Shown here: in pieces, positions 35,654-44,711 of the stretch
Position numbering within the stretch: the first letter of the stretch is position 1
Layout: every line of letters starts with the position of its first letter
Origin: Acidobacteriota bacterium
GTDB taxonomy: Bacteria > Acidobacteriota > Blastocatellia > Pyrinomonadales > Pyrinomonadaceae
Length of the DNA stretch: 64,000 bases
Reading direction: 5' to 3'
Assembly (NCBI GenBank): GCA_020199775.1
Contig: JAIVJZ010000046.1
Span: forward strand, 9,011-73,010
The notes under the pieces: generated by a model
Database searches by the model: none
What the model saw: the letters and a program-made list of their open reading frames with translations, nothing else
What the model was told of the DNA's origin: nothing
Translations under genes and position numbers: made by a program

Positions 35654-35732
35654 CCGTCAATCGTCAATCGTCAATCGTGAATAGATTAAGACAGGTTTTT
35701 TCCATTCACGATTTACGATTCACGATTTACGG
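35654..35732. repeat. Heptamer-armed hairpin, word CGTCAAT/CGTGAAT
   Basis: Left ccgtcaa tcgtcaa tcgtcaa tcgtgaa tag (35654-35684). Right ccattca cgattta cgattca cgattta cgg (35702-35732). Mismatches fall at the same position of successive heptamers. Followed by ttttggtt. Ends 9 nt before the MFS stop. Confidence 0.88.
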
Positions 35733-35741
35733 TTTTGGTTG

Positions 35742-37037
35742 TCAGTCGAGCGCGCGCAGGCGTGGGTTGCGGACGGCGACGTAGAGGTTGAAGAGGGCGA
35801 TGACGACGCCGCCAGCGGCGAGCGTGTGGGGCGCGCCGAAGCGACGGGCAGCAACCCCGGCGATGAAACTGCCAATCGGCCACGCGCCGATGAACGAGAG
35901 CATGAACATGCTCATCACGCGCCCGCGCATCTCGTCGGTCACGAGTTTTTGCAGCAGCATGTTCGTGACGGCGATGGAGCAGACGATGGAGAAGCCGAGG
36001 CCGAACAGCATCACGAGCGACAGCGTCACGTCCCTTGAGAGCGAGAACCCGACGAGGCACAGGCCGAACGCCGCCGAACCGCCGAGCACGTAAAAACCTT
36101 TGCGCCGCAGGTTGCCGAGAAACGTGAGCATCAGCGCGGCGAGAAACGAGCCCGCGCCCGCCACGCCCATCATCACGGAGAGGCCGGTTTCGCCGAGGCC
36201 GAGCACGTCGCGCGTAAAGAGCGGCATCAGCGTCATGTAGGGCGCGCCGAACAAACTCGCCACGGCCGAGATCAACAGCAGCAGGAAGACGCGCGGGCGA
36301 CTCCACACGTAGCGAAAGCCGTTCGTCAGATCGCGCCACAGCGTCTGACGCTCGACGACACCGCCGTCGCCGGGTCGCGCGACGACGGTCGTGCCGTCCG
36401 GCGATTTGATCCGCACCAGCGAGAGCGCGATGATGATCGCGACGAACGAAAGGCCGTTGACGAAGAAGCAGCCCGCCAGCCCGAAGAGTTGGAAGCCGAC
36501 CCCGGCGAGCGCGGGGCCGACGACGCGCGAGAGTTGAAACTGCGTCGAGTTGAGGGCGATGGCGTTCGTCAAATCCGCGCGCCCGACGAGGTCAATCGTG
36601 ATCGCCTGATACGAAGGCGACGCGAGCGAAAAGCAGCAGCCCGTGATGAACGAGGCGACGAGAATGATCCAGACGTGCCCCGCGTCGCTGACGAGCCCGG
36701 TGGCGATCAGGAAGGCGAGCCCGAGCGCGGTCAACCCCGCGCCCGCCTGCGTGTAGATGAGCAGGCGTTTGCGGTCGATGCGGTCGGCGTAGACGCCGCC
36801 GAGCAGCGTCAGGACGAGGCCGGGCGAAGTGGCCGCGAAGCCGTCAACGCCGAGCCAGAAGGCCGAGTCCGTGAGTTGCAGCACGAGCCAGCCCTGTGCC
36901 ACCGTCTGCATCCACGTGCCGATGTTCGACAGGAACGCGCCTGCCCAGAAGAGGCGGAAGTTGCGATGCGCGAGCGCGCGAAACATCTCGCTCGAACGGG
37001 TCGTCTGCGGCGCGTTTGGCTCTACCAGTGGGGGCAT
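35742..37037 (-). CDS. MFS transporter
   Basis: 431 aa with about 12 hydrophobic segments. FRLFWAGAFLSNIGTWMQ and GGVYADRIDRKRLL are MFS signatures. Confidence 0.85.
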   Translation of the reverse strand: MPPLVEPNAPQTTRSSEMFRALAHRNFRLFWAGAFLSNIGTWMQTVAQGWLVLQLTDSAFWLGVDGFAATSPGLVLTLLGGVYADRIDRKRLLIYTQAGAGLTALGLAFLIATGLVSDAGHVWIILVASFITGCCFSLASPSYQAITIDLVGRADLTNAIALNSTQFQLSRVVGPALAGVGFQLFGLAGCFFVNGLSFVAIIIALSLVRIKSPDGTTVVARPGDGGVVERQTLWRDLTNGFRYVWSRPRVFLLLLISAVASLFGAPYMTLMPLFTRDVLGLGETGLSVMMGVAGAGSFLAALMLTFLGNLRRKGFYVLGGSAAFGLCLVGFSLSRDVTLSLVMLFGLGFSIVCSIAVTNMLLQKLVTDEMRGRVMSMFMLSFIGAWPIGSFIAGVAARRFGAPHTLAAGGVVIALFNLYVAVRNPRLRALD

Positions 37038-37225
37038 GATCTAACTTGATACCACCCGAATGCCGTTTGACTCAAACTGCCGCCGCGAAATGTCGCAACT
37101 TTTCGCCCGCGCCGCCCCGTATAAGAAGTTTTGCCGCCGCGCGCCCGGTCATGTTCTAATCGCGGGCACGCGAGAATCAACGCCCGCGAGTTTCCACATT
37201 CATCTTCGATTTTCAGGAGAATTCT

Positions 37226-37858
37226 ATGACACGTCCGCCATCACGTCTCAGCCCGTTTGTCGTGAGCGTCTGTTTGATTTTGTCCGCCTGCCACGCGGCG
37301 GCGAAACCCGTCCGAGCGCAATCAACTTCCCGGCCACAACTTTTTCTCAAGATGCAACAACCGACTGCCGCCGACAAGCCCGCGACCACGCCGGTCGCCA
37401 ACCCCGCCGACGTTAATTCGCTCGACGCCATCCTCGCCGCCATCTACGATTCCATCTCCGGCGCGAAGGGCAAGACGCGCAACTGGGATCGCTTCCGCTC
37501 GCTCTTCGTCCCCGGCGCGCGCCTGATCCCGACCTTCAAACGCCCGACCGGCGACTTCGCGACGCGCGTCCTGACGCCCGAAGAGTTCATCGCCTCGTCC
37601 GGCAAGTTCATGGAGGAGCAGGGATTCTTCGAGCAGGCAATCGCCAACCACGTCGAGACGTTCGGCAACATCGCGCAGGTCTTCAGCGTCTACGAGGGAC
37701 GCCACGATACCGCCGACCCGAAACCCTTCGTGCGCGGCATCAACAGCATTCAACTCATGAACGACGGCAAACGCTGGTGGGTCGTGACGATCTTCTGGCA
37801 GGCCGAAGACGCCGCGAACCCGCTGCCGCAGAAATATCTCACGGGGAAGAAGAAATAG
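37226..37858 (+). CDS. Secreted/lipoprotein, NTF2-like (SnoaL/DUF4440-like) fold suspected
   Basis: Signal/lipobox VVSVCLILSAC. C-terminal ...GINSIQLMNDGKRWWVVTIFWQ resembles NTF2-like proteins. Assignment is tentative. Confidence 0.5.
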   Translation: MTRPPSRLSPFVVSVCLILSACHAAAKPVRAQSTSRPQLFLKMQQPTAADKPATTPVANPADVNSLDAILAAIYDSISGAKGKTRNWDRFRSLFVPGARLIPTFKRPTGDFATRVLTPEEFIASSGKFMEEQGFFEQAIANHVETFGNIAQVFSVYEGRHDTADPKPFVRGINSIQLMNDGKRWWVVTIFWQAEDAANPLPQKYLTGKKK

Positions 37859-37860
37859 CG

Positions 37861-38160
37861 TTGGAGTTGAACCCGCTCGAAGTGTTGGACACGCGCACGG
37901 AGTTGGTGGAGAACCTCCTGCACGCCGTCATCGGCCTGCCCTCAATCGGCCTCGCCAGCCGGGGCACGCCCGGCTTCGTCGCGCTGGCGGGTTTCATCCA
38001 CATGCTGATCGGCCCGGTGATGACCCTCCACGGAATGATCATGGGGAAGAAACGGAAGACGCTGGAGGCGCATTTGAAGGCGAATGCGGCCGACGTTGAA
38101 CCGGCCACAGGACACGCCGAGAAACACGTCGTCGAGGCGTCGCGGATCGCGCGGACTTGA
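37861..38160 (+). CDS. Possible small membrane protein (TTG start); weak call
   Basis: In-frame TTG at 37861 just after the preceding stop. One hydrophobic stretch GFVALAGFIHMLIGPVMTL. No homology recognised. Confidence 0.25.
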   Translation: MELNPLEVLDTRTELVENLLHAVIGLPSIGLASRGTPGFVALAGFIHMLIGPVMTLHGMIMGKKRKTLEAHLKANAADVEPATGHAEKHVVEASRIART

Positions 38161-38258
38161 GATCGCGCGATCCGAAACCGGCGGTCACAAAAACTTTCCG
38201 TCCGCCGCCCGAAGCGCGCTCTCACAGGTCTCCGCCGTCAAGAGACTTTTCCCCGTCA

Positions 38259-39098
38259 CTACAACTCCGCGCGTCGCCACTCCGACAACGGCCGCCCGCT
38301 TCCCCCGCGACGCGCCGCGACGATCTCCGCGAGCACGGCGAGCGCCACCTCTTCCGGCGACACCGCGCCGATGTCGAGGCCGATGGGGGCGCGCACCTCT
38401 CTTAAAATTTCATCCCCGACGCCCGATTCGCGCAGTCGTTCCAGCACGATGTTCGTGCGTCGGCGGCTGCCGATCATCCCGACGTAATCCGGCCTCGCGG
38501 CGACGACGGCGCGCATGCACTCCTCGTCCTCGTTGTGCCCGCGCGTGACGACGGCGACGTAGACGCCGCGCCCCTTGCCCACCGAAGTTTGCACGGCGCG
38601 CTCCCAACCCTCCGGCGCGGCGACGAGTTCGATGCCCGTTCCGGGGAAGCGTGCGCGGGTGACGAAATCCGCGCGGTCGTCTATGAGCGTGACGCGGTAG
38701 CCGACCGCCTCTGCGAGACGCGCCAGCGACGCGCCGACGTGTCCCGCGCCGCACACGACGACGCGCGGCTCTCCCTCGACGCGCTCGAACAGGACGCGCG
38801 CCCCGCGCCACTTCTCAAGCTCCGGCGCGAACTCTTCAACTTTGAAAGTCTGCGCTTCGGCGCGCGAGTCGAGAAAGACGAGGGCGCGGCGCGCGATTGA
38901 TTCGTCGAGCGCGGCGTCTCCGGTGCCGCCCGTGGCCGGTTCGCCCGAACTGTTGACGAGCACTTTCGCGCCCGCGCGGCGCGGCGGCGCGACTTCGACG
39001 AGTGTGGCGAGGACGACGACCGCGCCCTCTTCCAGCACGCGTGCGATTGCGTCGGGGAGACGCTTCGCGCCGTCGAACCCGTCGTCCGTTCCGGTCAT
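38259..39098 (-). CDS. XdhC/CoxI family accessory protein (N-domain + Rossmann domain)
   Basis: VVVCGAGHVGASLARLAEAVGYRVTLIDDR...VVTRGHNEDEECM...YVGMIGSRRR...PIGLDIGAVSPEEVALAVLAEIV. Confidence 0.85.
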   Translation of the reverse strand: MTGTDDGFDGAKRLPDAIARVLEEGAVVVLATLVEVAPPRRAGAKVLVNSSGEPATGGTGDAALDESIARRALVFLDSRAEAQTFKVEEFAPELEKWRGARVLFERVEGEPRVVVCGAGHVGASLARLAEAVGYRVTLIDDRADFVTRARFPGTGIELVAAPEGWERAVQTSVGKGRGVYVAVVTRGHNEDEECMRAVVAARPDYVGMIGSRRRTNIVLERLRESGVGDEILREVRAPIGLDIGAVSPEEVALAVLAEIVAARRGGSGRPLSEWRRAEL

Positions 39099-39101
39099 CT
39101 T

Positions 39102-39419
39102 CTAGTGCGTGCGTTTGGCGGGTGAGTTGGGAGTGACGGGTTTCGCCAAGCCCACGGCGGAGAGCGCGCGGCGTGCGATCCACAGCGGCCCGATGAGCAG
39201 GTAAATGGGATTGCGGAAGAACGCGGGCTGGTTGCCCTCGATCCAGTGGCCGACGAACTGTAGCGCCCACCCCACGACGAACAGCGCGAGCGCGGCGCGC
39301 CAACTGAAAAAGAAGAGCGGCAAGCTCACGACGATCATCGGGATGCCGATGCTGTGCGTCAGGCGGTTGAGCGGGTGCCTGTGCTTCGCCTTGTAATCTT
39401 CCATGAAGGATGCGGGCAT
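39102..39419 (-). CDS. DUF962 (Mpo1-like) membrane protein
   Basis: YKAKHRHPLNRLTHSIGIPMIV...GWALQFVGHWIEGNQPAFF. Confidence 0.72.
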   Translation of the reverse strand: MPASFMEDYKAKHRHPLNRLTHSIGIPMIVVSLPLFFFSWRAALALFVVGWALQFVGHWIEGNQPAFFRNPIYLLIGPLWIARRALSAVGLAKPVTPNSPAKRTH

Positions 39420-39514
39420 GGTGGTCGGTTCTCCTCTCGCGGAGGATTATACGAGGGTCTGTCGAAAATGTAACTGTGAAGACGGCGGGTGAGTTTACCG
39501 CTCGCGCCGTGCGC

Positions 39515-39898
39515 TTAAGGAAGCGGGCGGCGCGCGGCGGCGGCTTGCGGGTCGTCGCCGGATTGTTTCGCGGCGTCCCACACGTCTATGAAAATCTCCA
39601 TCGTGCCGCCGCAAACCATCCCCTCTTCGCTGGCCTCGTCGGCCGTGAGGCTGAACTTGTGCAAGGCGGCCGCGCCCGTGCGCATCGCCTCGCGGGCTTC
39701 AGCCCAGACCTCCGCCTCGATGCAACCGCCGCCGACCGTGCCCGCCACATCGTTGTTCTCGAAAAAGAGCATCTTCGCGCCGCGCCGCTGCGGCGTCGAG
39801 CCGCGCGTGTGCGCCACCGTCGCCACGACGACGCGCTCGCCCCTCGCGTTCCGCTCCGCGATCAGACGATAAAGTTCGGCCTGTGAGATCGTACCCAT
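39515..39898 (-). CDS. XdhC N-terminal domain-only protein
   Basis: ATVAHTRGSTPQRRGAKMLF...GTVGGGCIEAEV...MVCGGTMEIFID matches the XdhC_CoxI N-domain. Confidence 0.75.
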   Translation of the reverse strand: MGTISQAELYRLIAERNARGERVVVATVAHTRGSTPQRRGAKMLFFENNDVAGTVGGGCIEAEVWAEAREAMRTGAAALHKFSLTADEASEEGMVCGGTMEIFIDVWDAAKQSGDDPQAAAARRPLP

Positions 39899-39906
39899 GA
39901 GAAGAC

Positions 39907-39988
39907 AAGGATGAACGCGGAACGCGGAACGATGAAATAAATACTCCTTGCTTTTACTTCATCGTTCATCGTTCCGCGTTCATCGTTT
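39907..39988. repeat. Heptamer-armed hairpin, word GATGAAC/GCGGAAC
   Basis: Left aag gatgaac gcggaac gcggaac gatgaaa taaa (39907-39941). Right ttttacttc atcgttc atcgttc cgcgttc atcgttt (39952-39988). Abuts the stop of the 39988-40800 gene. Confidence 0.85.
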
Positions 39989-40800
39989 CACCGTGGTGGC
40001 GGCGTGGCTGAAGGCGTGGGCGAAGGCGTGGGGCGCGGCGCGTTGAACGTGCCCGCGTCGCCGCTTTCGAGTTCGCGTTGCATCGCGTCGTCCAGTTGAC
40101 CGCGGAGACGGCTGACGAGTTGGTCGGCGTTGTTGAGTGCGGTTTCGAGGCGCGCGCGGCTTCCCTGTAGCACGTCGAGTTGCGTGCGGATGCGCCGCTT
40201 CTCGGCGTCGAGTTGGCGGCGGATCGTGTCGCGCAACTCGTCGGGGCGAAACGTCCCGGTCAGCGCGGCCTGCCGCTCGATGCTTTCGGGGCGCAACTGC
40301 TCGTCCACCCGATCCATCTGCGCCTGCAAACCGGCCTCCTTCTCCAACACGTCTCGCAGTTGCGTCTGCAAACCTTCGGCGCGCTGCTCGGCGCGCGTCA
40401 GGCGTTCCTGAATGAGATCGGTGCGCCGCTCCTTTTCAAGGTCGTCAACCTTCTTGTTGAGTTTTCCGAACTCGTCCAACAAGGTCTGCATCGTCCTGAT
40501 CGTCTCGTCCGGTTCGGGCGTCGCGGCGGGGCGGGAGCGGCGCGTGCGGTTCGTGGTCGTCGTGCCGCGCCCCTCCTCCTGCGCCGCCTGTTCCTCGGCT
40601 GTGCTGACGACGCGCGGCTCGTAGTCCGGCGTCGCTTCCGGCCGCGGCGCGGGGGTGGCGCGCACGGGGTTCGTCGCCCGCCGCGACGGACGCCTGCGTT
40701 GCTGCTGTTGCGACTGCGCCTCAAACGCTCCCCACGCCAACGCCGACAGCAAGGTCAACGCCGCGACCGATCTGAATCCTGAACGACTTCGCATCATCAA
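39988..40800 (-). CDS. Secreted coiled-coil protein, function unknown
   Basis: Signal peptide MMMRSRSGFRSVAALTLLSALAWGA, Arg/Pro/Thr-rich region, then long heptad-like helices (LQTQLRDVLEKEAGLQAQMDRVDEQL...). Confidence 0.6.
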   Translation of the reverse strand: MMMRSRSGFRSVAALTLLSALAWGAFEAQSQQQQRRRPSRRATNPVRATPAPRPEATPDYEPRVVSTAEEQAAQEEGRGTTTTNRTRRSRPAATPEPDETIRTMQTLLDEFGKLNKKVDDLEKERRTDLIQERLTRAEQRAEGLQTQLRDVLEKEAGLQAQMDRVDEQLRPESIERQAALTGTFRPDELRDTIRRQLDAEKRRIRTQLDVLQGSRARLETALNNADQLVSRLRGQLDDAMQRELESGDAGTFNAPRPTPSPTPSATPPPR

Positions 40801-40972
40801 ACTCCTTGCGTAAGGTTCTCTACCAGTTGCCCGTCGTGCAAATTAATCTTTTAGCCACTTGGTTGATAAACGTTACGAGCGACGGGCGGACGACAACCGA
40901 TTACGGGCAACTTTAATGTACACGCCCGGCTCGGGGCGAGGTTCCAAAGGTATGCGCCCAAAGTGGCGGCCT

Positions 40973-41827
40973 TTAGCCCGGTTGAATCTTGAAACTGATG
41001 TCCATCGCGCGCGCCGAGTGCGTCAGCGCGCCGACGCTGATCAAGTCGACGCCCGCTTCGGCGTAGGCGCGCACGTTCTCCAGCCGGATGCCGCCCGACG
41101 CTTCGAGCAGAACTTGCGACGACAACTCGCGCGCGAGTTCGACCCGCGCACGCGTCTCCTCCGGCGTCAGGTTGTCGAGCAGGAGGATGTCCGCGCCGCT
41201 CGTGATCGCCTCGCGCAAATCTTTTTCGCTTGAGACTTCGACCTCGACCTTGTGCAGATGGCCGACCGCCCGGCGGGCGCGTTCGACCGCCGCGCCCACG
41301 CCCCCCGCGAGCGCGATGTGATTGTCTTTGATGAGCACGCCGTCGTCTAAGCCGAAGCGGTGATTGCGCCCGCCGCCCGACTCCACCGCGTACTTCTCAA
41401 GCATGCGCAAGCCCGGAGTGGTCTTGCGCGTATCGACGATCTGCGCGTCCGTCCCTTCGACCGCGCGCACGAAGGCGCGCGTCGTCGTCGCGATGCCGGA
41501 GAGCCGTTGCAGTAAATTCAAAGCGACGCGCTCGCCCGCCAAGAGCACGTCGGCGAAACCGTTCGTGCGCGCCACCACCTTGCCCGCCTCCACCTCGTCG
41601 CCGTCGGAGTAGAAGGCTTCGAGTTGCTGCTGCGAGTCGAGCGTCGAGAAGACGGCCTCGGCCGCTTCGAGTCCGGCGATGACGAGCGGCTCTTTGGCGA
41701 GAAAGCGGCCGCGCGCGTGCGCGTTGCGCGTGATGGTGGATTGCGTCGTGATGTCGCCGCGCCCCAGGTCTTCGCTGAGGAACGCGCCGATCTGTTGAAA
41801 GAGCGCACCTTCGTCGAGCCACTTCAT
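40973..41827 (-). CDS. nadC: Nicotinate-nucleotide diphosphorylase (carboxylating)
   Basis: [21 protein letters not shown]-like [34 protein letters not shown]. 284 aa. Confidence 0.9.
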   Translation of the reverse strand: MKWLDEGALFQQIGAFLSEDLGRGDITTQSTITRNAHARGRFLAKEPLVIAGLEAAEAVFSTLDSQQQLEAFYSDGDEVEAGKVVARTNGFADVLLAGERVALNLLQRLSGIATTTRAFVRAVEGTDAQIVDTRKTTPGLRMLEKYAVESGGGRNHRFGLDDGVLIKDNHIALAGGVGAAVERARRAVGHLHKVEVEVSSEKDLREAITSGADILLLDNLTPEETRARVELARELSSQVLLEASGGIRLENVRAYAEAGVDLISVGALTHSARAMDISFKIQPG

Positions 41828-44508
41828 TCCGCGAACGCCTCCATGCTCTGTCTGAGCGCACCTGTTCGTTGCTGGATGTCCGCCATGCGTTGCCGCAACT
41901 CCGCGACCTTTTCGGCGGGCGCGCGCGCGACGAAATTTTCGTTCGCCAGTTGCCCGCGCAAACGCTCCGCCTCTTTCGCCAGTTTGTCCTCTTCTTTGCG
42001 CAGGCGCTCGCGCTCCTGACCGAAGTCGATCAAGCCTTCGAGCGGCACGGCCACCTCAGCCCCGCCCGCCAGCACCGCCCGCGCCGACGCGCGCGGCCAA
42101 CTGTCGCGTGGTTGTTCTCTCACATCCGAAGCACGCGTCAGACGTTGAATCTGTTTTTTAACTTCAAATACGAGAAGTTTTCCGTCAGCCGTTTCCACCA
42201 GGAGATCAATCTCTTGACTCGGCTTGATGTTCATCTCCGAGCGGATGTTGCGCACGCGCGAGACGAGTTCGATGATCGCCTGCACTTCCGCTTCGGCGCG
42301 TTCGTCAATCAACTCGGCGCGCTCCTGCGGGTAGGCCGCCAGCATGATCGTCAGGGGCGCGCCCGCGTAAGCGGGATGTAGTTGTCGTGCGCCGACGCCG
42401 GGCAGCATTTGCCACAGTTCCTCCGTGATGAACGGCATGAACGGGTGCAGCAGGCGCAAAGCCTGTTCGAGCACCGTGAGCACGCGGCTGCGCGCCGCGT
42501 CGCGCGCGGGCGAAGCGTCGGCCGCCGTCACCTCCGACTTCGTCAGTTCGATATACCAATCGCAGAAATCATCCCAGAAGAAATGATAGAGCGTCTGCAC
42601 GGCGAGGTGAAATTGATACTTCTCAATCGCCTCGCCGACCACGCGTGCCGTCCGGTTCAGGCGCGACACGATCCAGCGGTCGTGCAGTGCCCACGCGTCG
42701 CGATTCTCGTCGAACCCTTCGCCGACCCGCGCGCCCTCCGAGTTCATCAGGCAGAAGCGCGCGGCGTTCCAGATTTTGTTGGCAAAGTTGCGATACGACT
42801 CGACCTGATTTTCGTTCCAGCGCGTGTCGGTCGTCTCGATTGACGCGAGCACGAGGCGCGTCGCGTCAACGCCGTACTTGTCGAAAATCTCCAACGGGTC
42901 AACGCCGTTATTTTTCGACTTCGACATGCGCTGTCCGTGCTTGTCGAAGATCGTGCCCGTGATGAACACGTCGTCGAACGCCTTCGCGCCCGTGAACTTC
43001 ATGCCCGTCATCATCATGCGCGACACCCAGAGGAAGATGATGTCGCGCGCCGTGATGAGCACGGACGTGGGGTAGAACGTCCGCAAGTCCGGCGTCTCGT
43101 CAGGCCAGCCGAGCGTCGAGATCGGCCACAGGGCGGACGAGAACCACGTGTCGAGCACGTCCGGGTCTTGCGTCAACTCGTCAGTCCCGGCACGCTCTCT
43201 CGCTTCCGCTTCGCTGCGCGCGACGATGGTGCGGCCGTCCTGCGTGTACCACGCGGGGATGCGATGACCCCACCAGAGTTGGCGCGAGAGCGTCCAGTCG
43301 TGCAGATTTTCGAGCCAGTTCGTATAAACTTTCTCGTACGGATTTTCGGGCACGAAGCGCGGTTCGTGTCGCTCGCGCATCAATTCCAGCGGGCGGCGCG
43401 CGAGTTCCGCTTGACGGCAGAACCACTGTAGAGAGATCAGCGGCTCGACCACCGTGCGGCAACGCCCGCACTTCGAGATCGAAAACTCGTAGTCGGACAC
43501 TTTCTCAAGCAGCCCCAGTTCTGCAAACTTCTCGACGACCCGTTCGCGCGCCTCGTAGCGGTCGAGTCCCTCAAACTCCTTCCCCGCGTCCGCCGTCATG
43601 CGCGCGTGCTGGTCGATAACTTTGACGAGCGGCAACTCGTGGCGCAACCCAAGCGCGTAATCGTTCGGGTCGTGCGCGGGCGTGACCTTGACCGCGCCCG
43701 TGCCGAATTCCGGGTCAACAAATTCGTCCGCGACGACCGCTATCTCGCGCCCCGTGAGCGGCAATTCAAGAGTTGCGCCGACGAGGTCGCGGTAGCGTTC
43801 GTCCGAGGGGCTGACGGCCACGGCCGTGTCGCCGAGCATCGTCTCCGGGCGCGTCGTCGCCACGGTCACGCGGCGCGCGCTTCCCTTCACCGGGTATTGC
43901 AGGTAGTAAAGTTTTCCCGCCTGCGCTTCCTTATCAACTTCGAGGTCGGAGAGCGCGGTCTGATCCTTCGGACACCAGTTGATCATCCCCTCGCCGTGGT
44001 AGATCAAATTCTCCTCGTAGCAGCGCACGAAGAACTCCGCGACGGCGCGCGACAACCGCTCGTCCATCGTGAACCGCTGCCGCGACCAATCGACGGACGC
44101 GCCCTCGCGCCGCATCTGCTGCATGATGCGCGAACCCGATTCCTCTCGCCACTGCCAGACGCGCTCTAAAAATTTCTCGCGGCCGAGCGCGTGGCGCGAC
44201 GTGCCTTCCTTTTTAAGTTCGCGCTCGACGACGATCTGCGTGGAGATGCCCGCGTGATCCTCGCCGGGAACCCAGAGCGTGCGGTAGCCGCTCATGCGCT
44301 TGAAGCGCGTGAGCACGTCCATGAGCGTGTGCTGGAGGGCGTGCCCCATGTGGAGCGACCCCGTGACGTTCGGCGGCGGGATGACGATGGAATAGACGGG
44401 GGCGTCGGGGTCGCGGTTGATCTCGGGCGCGAAGCAGCCTCCGGCCTCCCAGTTCGCGTAGTGGCGTTCCTCGGCCTGTTTCGGATCGTAAGTCTTCGGG
44501 ATGTCCAT
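41824..44508 (-). CDS. valS: Valine--tRNA ligase
   Basis: [15 protein letters not shown] (HIGH), KMSKSKNN (KMSKS), editing-domain motifs, C-terminal coiled coil. 894 aa. 4-nt overlap with nadC. Confidence 0.95.
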   Translation of the reverse strand: MDIPKTYDPKQAEERHYANWEAGGCFAPEINRDPDAPVYSIVIPPPNVTGSLHMGHALQHTLMDVLTRFKRMSGYRTLWVPGEDHAGISTQIVVERELKKEGTSRHALGREKFLERVWQWREESGSRIMQQMRREGASVDWSRQRFTMDERLSRAVAEFFVRCYEENLIYHGEGMINWCPKDQTALSDLEVDKEAQAGKLYYLQYPVKGSARRVTVATTRPETMLGDTAVAVSPSDERYRDLVGATLELPLTGREIAVVADEFVDPEFGTGAVKVTPAHDPNDYALGLRHELPLVKVIDQHARMTADAGKEFEGLDRYEARERVVEKFAELGLLEKVSDYEFSISKCGRCRTVVEPLISLQWFCRQAELARRPLELMRERHEPRFVPENPYEKVYTNWLENLHDWTLSRQLWWGHRIPAWYTQDGRTIVARSEAEARERAGTDELTQDPDVLDTWFSSALWPISTLGWPDETPDLRTFYPTSVLITARDIIFLWVSRMMMTGMKFTGAKAFDDVFITGTIFDKHGQRMSKSKNNGVDPLEIFDKYGVDATRLVLASIETTDTRWNENQVESYRNFANKIWNAARFCLMNSEGARVGEGFDENRDAWALHDRWIVSRLNRTARVVGEAIEKYQFHLAVQTLYHFFWDDFCDWYIELTKSEVTAADASPARDAARSRVLTVLEQALRLLHPFMPFITEELWQMLPGVGARQLHPAYAGAPLTIMLAAYPQERAELIDERAEAEVQAIIELVSRVRNIRSEMNIKPSQEIDLLVETADGKLLVFEVKKQIQRLTRASDVREQPRDSWPRASARAVLAGGAEVAVPLEGLIDFGQERERLRKEEDKLAKEAERLRGQLANENFVARAPAEKVAELRQRMADIQQRTGALRQSMEAFAE

Positions 44509-44515
44509 GTGTCGA

Positions 44516-44632
44516 ATCAGCGGTCAGCCGTCAGCCGTCAGCTTTCAGCATTAAATACATAAGATGTTTTGCTCTGAGCCATTGTAAAGGAATCAGCGGC
44601 GGTTTTCGACTGACGGCTGAAAGCTGATGGCT
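44516..44632. repeat. Heptamer-armed hairpin, word GTCAGCC (more degenerate copy)
   Basis: Left atcagcg gtcagcc gtcagcc gtcagct ttcagca (44516-44550). Right tgacggctgaaagctgatggct (44611-44632) pairs with the inner 16 nt of the left arm. Confidence 0.68.
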
Positions 44633-44688
44633 AAAAAAAAACGGATCGAGCGCGGCGGGTTGGCTGTCTCCGCCTCAACTCGATCCGT
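44633..44688 (-). terminator. Intrinsic terminator of the 44712-46364 gene
   Basis: Stem acggatcgag / ctcgatccgt with a structured loop. On the minus strand it is followed by T9-10 (plus-strand A-run 44633-44641). Confidence 0.65.
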
Positions 44689-44711
44689 TCGTGCGCTTGC
44701 CGTGTCGCTCG

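Noticed and set aside
35654-35732. G:U-wobble-preserving asymmetry between hairpin arms as evidence of RNA-level selection
   Set aside because: Checking the mismatches base by base shows C-T, C-C and A-C oppositions rather than consistent G-U pairs on either strand, so no such claim can be made from this window.
38259-39898. Is this a split or pseudogenised XdhC interrupted by the DUF962 gene?
   Set aside because: The 279-aa protein already contains both the N-terminal and Rossmann domains. The 127-aa gene is a separate, intact N-domain-only paralogue, and neither reading frame shows disruption.
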